From Geosiphon pyriformis uo1 (taxonomy: Eukaryota > Fungi > Glomeromycota), in NCBI GenBank assembly GCA_016748015.1, contig JAAOMT010000094.1, forward strand, positions 281,917-345,916: a DNA stretch of 64,000 nucleotides, given 5' to 3'. Under the pieces are notes generated by a model. It ran no database searches. It had not been told where the DNA came from and worked only from the letters and a program-made list of their open reading frames with translations. Below, in pieces: positions 1 through 11,047 of this stretch (position 1 is the first letter of the stretch; each line of letters starts with the position of its first letter). The position numbers and the translations under genes are program-made.

Positions 1-517
1 TATTTTAATTAACATGAAAAAAACAGTTGCCATATTTATTAATCAAAAATAGAAGTTTCTCAGTTGTTAATTAGTAAATTAAGCATTTTAATAACAAAAA
101 AAAGTGAATTTCATAAATACTTGGGCATTTTTTTGTCCACAAATGATCTCTTTAAACTTAGTTTTATCAAAGCTTACTCAAATATTAAGTTTTTTACAAA
201 CATAGTTTTAAGGAAAACTGTTTTGGACAAGCAATTTTTATATTTGGTTTTTGTAGTTCTTTAGCCCATTATTGATTATAAGATGCAATTTAGTTATATT
301 TTACCAAATGTGTGCAAAAAATAGAACAAATATTAAGAAAAAGACTAAAGCTTAAGGCCAATCTACCCAAAAACTTTTTTAATGATGCTATTTCTCATTT
401 TAAATTGTATAGTCTCAAGTTATTTGGGCAGATACAGATTAAAAATTTGATGGCTAGTTTGGTCAACTTTGCCAATTTAGAAGATATTTTTAACAGATTG
501 TTTAAATACAGAACTAT
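1..517 (+). pseudogene. Degenerate non-LTR retrotransposon (LINE) ORF2, end of RT domain (part 1 of 3)
   Basis: Peptides SILITKKSEFHKYLGIFLS (RT YLG motif) and LKLKANLPKNFFNDAISHFKLYSLK (post-RT region of fungal LINEs). The sequence rejoins at 8290 once element A and one CTAT copy are removed. Confidence 0.75.
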
Positions 518-1220
518 TGTTATGGGTTGAAATAACAAGCTAACGGATAGCAAAGGAGAACAAGATTGTAGGGTAATGAAAATAATCAAAGGGAAATTCA
601 ACTTTAAAGAGCGAATTGAATGAGTATGGATTCAATGTATAAGATTAGTCTCATAAAATATCTCAGTCGCTATTCTTTTCAAAGGTAACTGGGGAATTTG
701 AAGGTAGAGGAATAGTCCGTACTGTCAACAATTGATCACCACTGATATAATTCTATGCCTCATGTCGACGCTCTTAGAATTCAATATCAGATATCAACTT
801 GTGCTTTTTAGTCACGTTTATTCAAATAATCTTTAAATGCTATAATTATATATGTTAGGAAAAGGCCAACAAGTAATCTTTTATCCTAAGATGTTTGGAT
901 ACTTGAAGGTAGAGAAAGGGAAATTAGCGATAAGAGAGTGATTAAGATGAAAGTTGTTATTTTTATTTATTTGATTCTTGTCTGAGAGATGATTTTTTAC
1001 AGTTAAGAAACTCATTGCTTATATAGCTATTGAAAGTGGTCAATGACCAGGTTAACAACTAGGTCAATAATCAGGTCAATGATCAAATCAATGATCAGGT
1101 CAACGGTTAAGTCATTGATCAAGTCAATGATCACTATTTAAAAATAGAATGACTAATTATATAACATCAGTGACTAATACATGTGATAATTAATAAAAAT
1201 TATGGGTTTCAACCATAACA
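518..1220 (-). repeat. Element A 3' LTR (703 bp)
   Basis: Direct repeat of 7559-8285; begins TGTTA, ends TAACA; PPT adjoins at 1221. Confidence 0.95.
1038..1133. repeat. U3 tandem array, 8 x 12 bp GGTCAATGATCA (10 copies at 8079-8198)
   Basis: Read directly. Two extra units account exactly for the 24-bp length difference between the two A LTRs. Lies just upstream (minus strand) of TATATAA at ~1019-1025. Confidence 0.9.
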
Positions 1221-1846
1221 TCATCCTCTCCAAAGAGATTGAGCTTCAGCGAAATCAAGCTATTTATAGAGTATTCTAATTGAAGGGTTTTGTTTAACTC
1301 AAAACTAACTAGTTTGTTGAAGTCTTTTGTGGATAGAATATATAGTACTTGAGGTGAAATAAGCTTTGTATTCAAGAGACCAAATCTTTGTATAAGAGTT
1401 TTGGCTCTTCTTGCAATGGTCAAAACTCTTGGAACATCTAAACGTATAATGCTTAAAATTTTCACTTGTATCTCTGAAGTTGTTTTCTTCATAAGCTTTA
1501 TTTCTTCTATAATTTTACCAAGACAACCATAGAGTTCTAGTTGCCTTCCATATGACAAGTTTTTGTGTATGGGCAAGATTTCCTTAATCATTTTTCCAAT
1601 TGTTATGGAAGGTGTAAGTATTGCTGCTGTTATGCTTTTCAGCAAATACTTATCCATTTTGCTACCAATTCTTTCTCTTCTGGTAGTGGTTTTCTTTGAT
1701 CTAATAACAGTATGTGTTCTACTGTTATCAGTTATGGTGGTTTGTTTTCTAATGGTCAGAGTAGCATTTGGATAATTTTTGATCCAGTACTTATAGAGAG
1801 TATAGAAAGCATTTTGAATGTTTTGATCTAGAAAATAATTGTTCAT
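1190..1846 (-). CDS. Element A ORF3, accessory protein of unknown function (218 aa from ATG 1846; frame open from 1942)
   Basis: Stop-free ORF between the pol end and the 3' LTR, in a different frame from pol, reading through the PPT into the LTR. Motifs are shared with ORF3 of B-F. Confidence 0.7.
   Translation of the reverse strand: MNNYFLDQNIQNAFYTLYKYWIKNYPNATLTIRKQTTITDNSRTHTVIRSKKTTTRRERIGSKMDKYLLKSITAAILTPSITIGKMIKEILPIHKNLSYGRQLELYGCLGKIIEEIKLMKKTTSEIQVKILSIIRLDVPRVLTIARRAKTLIQRFGLLNTKLISPQVLYILSTKDFNKLVSFELNKTLQLEYSINSLISLKLNLFGEDDVMVETHNFY
1221..1231 (-). promoter_or_regulatory. Polypurine tract of A
   Basis: GGAGAGGATGA immediately before the 3' LTR on the minus strand. Confidence 0.85.
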
Positions 1847-1887
1847 GTCAATCAAAGATACCTCTGTTTTGGGAATAGTGTATTTAT

Positions 1888-4800
1888 TTATATCTGATTT
1901 TTGTTGATTATTTGGGTTGGTATTATCACAACAGGTAACCAATCAGGTTGTTTGTGATATTTTTTGAGTCATGTGCTATGAACAGGGCGATCATTGAAGA
2001 TTGTTTCATATTGATCTTGTAAGATATAAGAACCATTGTTCAAAACTTTGTTGACTATAAAGGGTTCTTTCCACCAGCTAGAGAATTTATCACCATAGAC
2101 ATTGTCTCTGTCTGAACAGTATTCTAAAATTAAGTGACCAACACTTAAGGAAAGTGTTTTATATGGTTTCTTTTTTTTAAGCTTTTCTTGAAATTGTTTT
2201 ATCTTTTCAAAGGCAATTATCCATGCTTCTACTAATGAGTCAAGAATGGTACCAAGTCTTTTTTGCAAAATGTCTTTGTAATTCCCTATTGTTATTTCTT
2301 CAAAAGGTATTGTCTCAATATCAGTTTCTATTGGTAGGGTTGCCATTCATTCATAGAGTAGATAAAAGGGTTCATAACTTGTAATGTTATGATTCACAGT
2401 TCTATAAGTGAACAAAGCTGAAGGCAGTACTTTGTCCCATAAATTTGTTTTTTTGCTGGTTTTGGCTAGGGTTTCACATAGTGTTCTATTGAAATGTTCC
2501 ACTAGGCCATTTGTTTGGGGGTAATAAGGAAAGGAAAGTTTGTAACATATTCCCATTTTTCTGCAAAGTTCTTCAACAAGTGTACTGAGAAAAGCTCTTC
2601 TTCTGTCAGATAAAAGTTCTTTAGGGCAGCCATGGTAACAAATGATATTTTCATAAATGAATTTGGCTATTGAGACTGCTGTTTGGTCTGGAATGGCTCT
2701 TGCTTTTACCCACTTTGTAAGATAGTCAGTAGTTGTGATAATGTATCTGTTGCTATTAGGAGTTATTGTTAAAGGTCCAACAATATCTATACCAATTCTG
2801 TCAAAGGGTTGACCAATAAAGATTGGATGGATATCTTCTTTGCGATTGGGTTTTCCTTTTCTTTGGCAGATATCACAGGTTTTGATGTATTCAGCAATGT
2901 CTTTTCCCAAGATAGGCCAATAATAATGAGCTAGAGTTTTCTGAATTGTTTTTGTTTTTTTAAAGTGTCCAGCTAATGGATCAGTGTGCATATTGTAGAT
3001 CACAATTTCTTTTTCTTCAAATCTGATGACTTTTTGGGGGTGGTTAGGATTTTTTCTATTTCTTTTATAAAGTTGGTTCTGGTGAATCAAATAGAAATTT
3101 GATTGTTTGCACAAATGTTCTCTTTGTTGTTATGTGTATTTTGGTGGATATTGTTCTTTATCCAAAAATTCCATTAAGACAGAGTAGTTGTCCAAGTCCA
3201 TTATTGTGTTTGTCAAAAAGGAGGGAATTACTAATAATTAAGTTGGTTTGGTTTGAAAGAGTTGTTCTGTTACTAGATGGTAAGTCTGAAGAGAGCATCA
3301 GTATTTTGATGATTAGCTCCTTTGTGATGTTGAATATCATAGTCAAATTCATCTAAGTAGAGTATTCAGTGAGTTATCTATTTGTGTTCTAGCCTCTTTT
3401 TGTTGTACAGCCAAACCAAAGCTTGGTGATCTGTTACCACCAAAAACTTCACACCAAGAAAATACTTGCTCCAGTAACTGGTGGACCATACTACTGCTAA
3501 GCATTCTTGTTCAGTGACTGAATAGTTCTGTTCTGCTGGGGAAAGGGTTCTACTGACATAGGCTATGGCATGTTTTTTGCCATCTTCATCTTTCTGGGAG
3601 AGAACAGCACCAAGTTCAAAGCCAGATGCATTAGTGTAAAGGATAAAGGGTCAATCTAGATCAGGTTGCTTGAGAATGGGTTTTGTAACCAGTTTTTCCT
3701 TTAAAGTTTCAAAGGCTTTTTGCTAATATGTTCCCCAATGGTAATTGACATTTTTTCTGAGTAGCTGATTGAAAGGAGAGGTGATTTTGGAGAAATCTTT
3801 GACAAATTTGTGATAATAAAAGGCCAAACCAAGAAAAGAGCGTAGTTCATGAATGTTCATTGGTTGTTTAATGTTTTGGACTTTTTCAACTTTGGCTGGG
3901 TCAGGAAAGATTCCATCTTTTGTAATAAAATGACCAAGAAACTGGGTGGATTGTCTTCCAAAGAAAGATTTGATTGAGTTGATCTTGAGGCCAGCATTTC
4001 TGAGGAGGTCAAAAACTTTTTGCAAATGTTCCAGATGTTCATTCCAGGTTTTTGAGTATATCATTATGTTATCCAAATAGACTAGAACAAATTTTTTCTT
4101 GACTGATTCAAATACTTTATCCATTAAGCATTGAAAGGTGGAAGGGACATTGGTGAGACCAAAAGGCATGACTGTGAATTCATAGGTGCCATACTTGGTG
4201 ATGAAGGCAGTTTTCTTTCTGCTTTCTGGATCCATCTCTACTTGCCAGAATCCAGCAGTTAAGTCGATAATTGAGAAGAAAGCAGCATTTTTAAATTGGT
4301 CTAACATTGCATCAATCTTGGGAAGTGGGTACATGTCTCTTTCAGTGATGGCATTTAATTGGCAATAGTCAACACAGAAGTGTAGTGTTCCACCTTTCTT
4401 GGATACTACTACAACTGGGAAAGCCCATTCACTCTTGATTTCTTGTATGAATCCAAGTTTTTTCATCCAGTTTATCTCTTTTTTGATAAACTCATCATTG
4501 TGCCAATTGAATTGATAAGGCTTCAAATAGATGGGTCAAGTTTCTCTGGTGGTAATGGTGTGTTGTATCACATAAGTATGTCCAGAGGTATTACCTTCTT
4601 TGAAGATAACTGGACTATTTCTAGCCAGCAAATTTTCAATGTCTATTTTTTTTCTTTTGGGGAGGGTTTTTTTTGTTCTACAACTAGTGATTGGATCTCA
4701 GGTGGTTTATTCTCAAAGGACTTCTGTACTTCTTTCAATTCTTCTTTGGGTATTAAACTGATTGGTTCCCAATCTCTGTAATAGATCAGGCATAATTTGC

Positions 4801-7506
4801 ATTCATTGCTTGGAGAATACAAGGGTTTGTTGCACCAACACCAGACATAAGGACCATGCCACCAAAAACTGTATTTGGCTTTCTTGCCAGGTTTTCTTTC
4901 AAAGGTTCTTCTAAGAATATCATAATAAGGCCAGCAGATTAGCTTGCCATTTACAATGATTCCTTCTTTATCTGCTTTAACATTGTCCAGTGGTTTGCCA
5001 TTGTTGGTGAAGGTGGTATAGGCAAGTTCAGCAGTTTCTTCTTGTTCTTCTTGTTCTTCTTCATCATCACTCTCTTCATCATTTGATTCATCTGATTGTT
5101 CTTCTTCTTGGTTTTGTTTGGATACTGGAGGAGTTGTCCAATGGCGACACTTAACCACAATGGGTTTCTCACCACATCTGATGGTTAATTCACAAAGTTC
5201 ATAATCAAGCAAAGCTTTTGCTTTCTTGAGCCATTTATTGCCAACAATGATGGTGTATTCTTTGGCTTCAGAAACTTTCATGTTAGTTTCAATGCTAATT
5301 TTATTGATGTGGTCAGAAACAGCTTTGGCAATACCCAGTCCTTTCTTTTTGTTACCATGCACATTGGTCATTGGTCTGGTAGAAGGTTCATCAATTTTTC
5401 TACCAATTGCTTCCAAGAAGTGTTTGGCAATAACACTAACAGATAATCTAATGTCCAAAATTAAGTCAATGAAGTATCCAACCATTTAGGCTTTACAAAT
5501 CAGAGGGGTGACATTGCTGTTGTCAGCAAGTCCAGCTTGGCAAGGGCACTTGTTGGTTTTTGGTGTCTTCTTCTTTGGGATCAAGGATTTGCAAAGATCC
5601 TTTCTGAACTGTAGGTGGGTCATTAACTGGCCAAAAGTAATATGTGCTGGGGTTTCTATGAAATCTTTGACAATGGAATAGGGTCCAGATTTTTGTACAA
5701 TTTCTGGGGGTTCCAACTTTGGAGGATTCTTAAAGACTTTAGCCTTTGGTGGCTCATTGTTATTAGCAACAGAAGTTGAGGCTTTGTTGGGGTCTAGAAC
5801 GAAATCAACCTTGGCTTTCTTCTTCTTTCTGGTTGGTTCTGAAGTGTTAATTGCTAGTTCATCCATGTCATGGTTATCATTAGTTAAGTTAAAAGTGTAA
5901 AAAAGGTTTTTTTCTGGTTGGCTTGTACTCTTACCCTTTGGAGGTGCGCCTACCAGTTTAAAGACTAATAAACAGTGGCTTCAACTAGGGGATCCTCTCC
6001 AAAGAAATTAATGTTGGCATGATTGGGTCTTTGATTGGGGACATTGTTGTTGTTGTTGGGTCTGTTGTTTTGGTTGTCATTGTTTCTGGGAGCTAGAAGA
6101 GGCAGTGGAGAATTGTTACAATCTCTTGAATAATGTCCAGTTAATCCACAATGATAGCACACAGGTGGGCCATGATTTTGCTGTTTTTAATAGGAAGGTT
6201 GCTGGGGCTGGTTAAAATGAGGTTTGTATCTAGGTCTTAATGGTTGCTGGTTATCTCTGACTGCTTGTGCCAAAGATTCTAATAACCGGGCAAGATTGGC
6301 TGTGAGTCTATCAATTAATTGTTCATTTGGATCTTGAGTTTGGGCAGCAAAAAAAGCAGCAGCCATTTGAAGGGCAGGAGCCATGACAGGAGCAGGAGCA
6401 AAAACTGGAAGTATAGATCCTAAATGTATTCTTTGGTTGTCTTCAATTCATTGGACAAGTTTAATGGCCATGTTCATTGTAGGGTTGTTTTTTAGGGCCA
6501 AGAGAGGCCAAAGAGCATAAGATAAATTGGTTCTCAATTTTTTTGTGAAGGAATGAATCTTTTGTTCTTCTGTCCAGTTTCTCTCAGAGTCTATACATTT
6601 GATTAGCTTTCTAATAGCTTTGGCATATTCAGTCACTACTTTTCTAGAGCCTTGGATTCTTCTTTTCAATTCCATGCACCATTTGGATATTAATATTGGG
6701 GTTCTGAACTTGGCCTCAAATCGGGTAGTAAAAAAGGTATTTTCTTTTCCAGCATTAATTGGTGTCCATCTAATTATTCTGTGTTGAGCATTGGCATCTG
6801 TTTTTTGTGAGAACCAGATAGCAGAAGAGCCTTGGAGGTAGCCACTAACAATTTGGAACTTGTATTTTTCATCATACTGGTTGGCTGTGGCAGCTCTTTC
6901 AAAATCATCCAACCATTTAATTGGATCTTGTGCATCACCTCTAAATAGTGGTAGTGGAATATTGTTTCTTCTTTCTAGAGCAGTTTGTATACCTTGGAGG
7001 GGGGCCAGAATGTTTGCTTGCATGGAGTCATTAGCCATTGGTTCAGGGGTAACTGTTTGTGTAAACGAGTCTGATTTGCTTGATAAAAGGTCAAAAACAG
7101 GAGCAGTTTGGTAGCTTTCTTTTTCTGTTTCAAAGGGAGTTTCAGTTGCTTGATGGACAGCAATCCAAATGTGGATTTGATGATTCAGATATTCGAAATC
7201 AGAGGGCTGTTGTTCAAAGGTTGCAGAATATAAGAGCTGATTGATACTGTTGTTTCTTTCTTCAAAGTCGTTTTCAAAATAAGCTTGGTCAAAGTAATAG
7301 GTTGTATAAGCTGTATAGGTTTCAGCTGAATGCTCATTTAGGAACCAGTTTCAAAAGTCTTGGAATTGTCTACTGGATTGTTCTTCAAGGGGGAAGCAGA
7401 TCAAGCAGGAGGGCAGAGGATTAAGTTCAATGAAATCTAGGTCGTTTCTATTGTGTACTGCAAAGTGTTCTTCTGAATGCTGTGGCAGATATAAGTAATC
7501 ACTCAT
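1888..7506 (-). pseudogene. Element A gag-pol (capsid, CCHC knuckle, protease, RT, RNase H, integrase), broken mostly by in-frame stops
   Basis: FRGDAQDPIKWLDDFERAA (capsid); CYHCGLTGHYSRDC; LILD protease; FCVDY, MPFGL, YLDN and FLGH (RT); HTDPLAGH...CDICQ, GIDIVGP and PQTNGLVE (integrase). Confidence 0.93.
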
Positions 7507-7534
7507 ACAATGAGAGAATAAGTGAATTTTGACA

Positions 7535-7552
7535 ACCTCACAGGGAGCACCA
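7535..7552 (-). promoter_or_regulatory. PBS of A, TGGTGCTCCCTGTGAGGT
   Basis: 18-nt complement of a tRNA 3' end (ACCTCACAGGGAGCACCA), 6 nt from the 5' LTR; identical to the PBS of E and F. Confidence 0.9.
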
Positions 7553-7558
7553 CTTTTA

Positions 7559-8285
7559 TGTTACAAGTTAGAGTAATAAGCTAACAGATAGCAAGGGAGA
7601 ACAAGATTGTAGGGTGATGGAAATAATCAAAGGGAAATTCAACTTTAAAGAGTGAATTAAATGAGTATGGATTCAATATGCAAGATCAGTCTCATAAAAT
7701 ATCTCAGTCGCTATTCTTTTTAAAAGTAACTGGGGAATCTGAAGGTAGAGGGATAGTCCATACTGTCAACAATTAATTACCACTGATATAATTCTATGTC
7801 TTATGTTGGTGCTCTTAGAATTTAATATCAGGTATCAACTTGTGCTTTTTAGTCATGTTTATTCAAATAATCTTCAAATGCTACAATTATATATGTCAGG
7901 AAAAGGCCAACAAGTAATCTTTTATCCTAAGATGTTTGGATACTTAAAGGTAAGAAAAGAGAAATTAGTGATAAGAGAGTGATTAAGATGAAAGTTGTTA
8001 TTTTTATTTATTTGATTCTTGTTTGAGAGATGATTTTCTACAGCTAAGAGACTCATTGCTTATATAGTTATTGAAAGTGGTCAATGACCAGGTCAACGAC
8101 TAGGTCAATAATCAGGTCAATGATCAAGTCAACAATCAGGTCATTGATTAGATTAATGATCAGGTCAACGGTTAGGTCATTGATCAGGTCAATGATCACT
8201 ATCTAAAAATAGAATGGCTAATTATATGACATCAGTGACTAATACATGTGATAACTAATAAAAATTATGAGTTTCAATCATAACA
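7559..8285 (-). repeat. Element A 5' LTR (727 bp)
   Basis: Direct repeat of 518-1220; adjacent to the PBS; followed by TSD CTAT. Confidence 0.95.
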
Positions 8286-8289
8286 CTAT

Positions 8290-9056
8290 AGATCTATAGA
8301 CTGTTAGTTGGATATTTTAACAACTTCTCAGTTTTTTGATTACACTATTAATCAATTTTATAAACTGTTTCTGGCTAATATAATCAATATATTGGTATTA
8401 TATAGTTTGTCTTTGGTTAATAATATATTTAATGTTTTTTAGACTGGTTGTAATGTTGTTATTACAGATGTTTAGAGTATAGAATACTATTTAAACATAG
8501 TAAATCTACTAAGAAAGTTTGATATTGTTTTTGCAGATTAACTTCTGGACTGTCACAGCATATGTTTTATATAGAATACATTTTACAAATAGATAAAATT
8601 GGATCCTAGAGGTCCTGTTTTTGGTTGGTTTAATTTATTAATTTCATTTATTAAGAATAATTATTTGGCTAGTAATGATGCTTTGGCTCAACATCTTATT
8701 CTTAGTAGTTGTTTGTACAATTTTGGCTTTGTTAATAAGTATCTTATAAAAAATGAGTTTAATACTGTAATTGTTTACACAAATAGATCAGTCAAGGATT
8801 TGAAATCTGTAAATGCTTGTGGTAGTGCTGCTGTTTACTTTTTGGATGTTAATTTGAGTATTAGAGTTTAGATTTATGGCTTGCTTTCTTCAATTCTAGT
8901 GAAACTATAGGCATTGTTTTTGCTTTGAATTATATTTTTGTGTTTAGCTTGGTGGTGCTGTTTATGGATAATTAGGCATTATTAGATATATATGCTTTAA
9001 TAAATAAGTTTGTTAGTTCCAATTTTTACAATAAGTGCTGAGTTGAAAAGAAACAT
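8290..9056 (+). pseudogene. LINE ORF2 continued, including N-terminal half of RNase H (part 2 of 3)
   Basis: LDPRGPVFGWF; VIVYTNRS (decayed VYTDGS); decayed ELxAI and DSQAAL motifs. Interrupted at ACAT by element B. Confidence 0.75.
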
Positions 9057-9241
9057 TATTACAAGTAATTATTTAGGATCTCAAATCAAATAACAAACCT
9101 GTAACTTGGTATTCAATAGTTGAACTGATTGGTAATATCTGAAGGTATTTTGATCTGAAGATTTTGATTGGAGTTTTTTGTATAATAGACAGAGATTCTC
9201 ATGTTATTTTTATCCATAGCTTCTTAGAATTGCATTTCTGT
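9057..9241 (-). repeat. Element B 3' LTR, U5-end fragment
   Basis: Matches 59864-~60048; cut by element C at CTGT. Confidence 0.9.
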
Positions 9242-10210
9242 TGTTACTGGAGGTTTTTGGTCTCTTTTTTTGAATGTTATTAATGTTTGTTTTGCTGTGA
9301 ATTCACGTTCTCAGGAAGTAATTGAACCTTCAATAACTGAATTTATCTTCAAATTATCTCCTATAATTTGAACTGCTGGGCTTATAAGTGGAATAGTCAA
9401 TTCCATACCAGTTACTTTATGTAGTTATGTTGTAATAAACATCAACTCTTTTCCAGGAATTGCTTGTCTTGAAGTTCACTAAAATGTGTAGTTACTTTGC
9501 TATGAAAGTCAACTCTTCTACAGGAATCTTGTCTGTAGTCTACCCTAATAATTGTAATAAAAAAAAAAATAAAAATAAAAAAAATGTAAAAGAAATAGAA
9601 TTTTGTCAAGGGAAACGTTTTCTATTCAGGCCTGGAATCACTAACAGTTTATTGAAATTGGTAGCTAATCAATTTCAAAACATTAGTTGTGTTAAGAGAA
9701 TTTCAAGTGTAATAATTTAAGGATTTGGTTTTCAAATATTTGATTTTTATTTGATTTTGTAAAAGGTAATTTGTTTTAATTAAGATATTTAAAGTAAGAT
9801 GCTATAATAAGATATGGAAAGGATATATTTTCTTGAAAAGAGAAGCTTTTTTTTTATACAACTTGTTGTAATACTAGTCTTTGAACTTGCACTTTTCTCT
9901 TTGCTCTAATTTTGGTGAACTAAAAATACATTTTGATAAATTACAAGTTATTTCTATGAATTATTGATTATTTCGGCCAATTTTCCATTAATTTCGACGA
10001 ATTTTGACTATATTAAATAGTTCAGGGTATTGTGTAATTTGATCATCTTAATTTCTATAGTACAAATCGAGTTATTAATTAAATAATGATATTTGATAAT
10101 TTGGCTAATTAATAAGTGATAATCGAAATGATAATAATATATGCTACTTAATAATAATAATTATAAAGATAATTTCATGCTAATTAATAGCTAAAATTCT
10201 ACTAGTAACA
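9242..10210 (-). repeat. Element C 3' LTR (969 bp)
   Basis: TGTTAC...GTAACA; homologous to the D LTRs; PPT adjoins at 10211-10222. Confidence 0.93.
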
Positions 10211-10898
10211 TAATTTCCTCCTCAATACTGAGTTCTGTCAAAGTCCAAGCACTATTTGTAATATCAAGATAGTGGTCCAAAATAATTGAAGTGATTTGGT
10301 CTGAAAATTGTTGAAATTTCAGTTTTGTAAGCTTTTCAATGTGTTGAATCTTCATTGGATGAAGTATTGGATTTTGTAAGACATTTTTACAAGTGTTGAA
10401 TAAATCATAGAGTCTAAATGCTGCTCTAAGTTTGTAGTAAGTGTTTGTTGGTCCAGCTGCTATCTTAAATTCTTTGTGAATTTGTTTTTGTATGACTTTA
10501 GGAATGATATGTGTTGTTTTAAGTTCCAGTTTTTATTCATAAAATGTTCTTTCAATATAAAAGTATCTATATATAAATGTATATTTATTGTTCTGTTCAT
10601 TAAGGAATAGTAGAAGTTTTTGTTAAATTGTGGCATTTGGTGGAATGTTGATAGGAGCAGATAAAAAGTTTTCTTTTAGTGCTTGCTTTAATAGTTCTGA
10701 TAACTGACTTCCAGAGTAATTTTTTGGTTTTTTTCTATAGGAGTAATAATTCTGAGAATTTTTTACTACTGGGGCTGTGGTTTTTTTCTGACTGTAATTA
10801 ATTTGACTTCTATTAATTGTTATGAATAAGTCAAGAAGTGTTTTTAAGGCTAACATTAATTTTTGAGATATTTGTTGAATATTTCAGAGAATAATCAT
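10191..10898 (-). pseudogene. Element C ORF3 (236 codons, a few internal stops)
   Basis: ATG at 10898; same length and frame as D ORF3; reads through the PPT and stops just inside the LTR. Confidence 0.8.
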
Positions 10899-11047
10899 GA
10901 TAAAAATAACTAACTAATAAAAAGAATAAAGAAAATTATTTTTGAGTATTGGGTTTTTATTTGTTTTTGGGTTTGGTTGTTTCTTGTAATTATTTACTAT
11001 TTTTTTGTTTTTGTATATTTAAAATGATTATTGTAAAATATGTTAAA

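Larger units (their letters stand above)
518..8285 (-). mobile_element. Element A: full-length decayed Ty3/Gypsy LTR retrotransposon (7.77 kb), no dUTPase, with ORF3
   Basis: LTR pair 518-1220 and 7559-8285 with TG...CA ends; TSD CTAT at 514-517 and 8286-8289; PBS, PPT, and gag-PR-RT-RH-IN order on the minus strand. Confidence 0.95.

Noticed and set aside
1190-1942. Intact A ORF3 as evidence of host domestication
   Set aside because: A gag-pol also has stop-free stretches of 255-280 codons, so survival of 250 codons is compatible with chance.
1190-1942. ORF3 as an envelope gene
   Set aside because: No signal peptide, transmembrane anchor or Cys-rich ectodomain, and too short.
1563-5489. Hydrophobic antisense ORFs opposite pol and ORF3 (for example 1563-1775, 3099-3356, 4443-4781, 5226-5489)
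   Set aside because: Expected by-products of an A-rich sense strand; not conserved between families.
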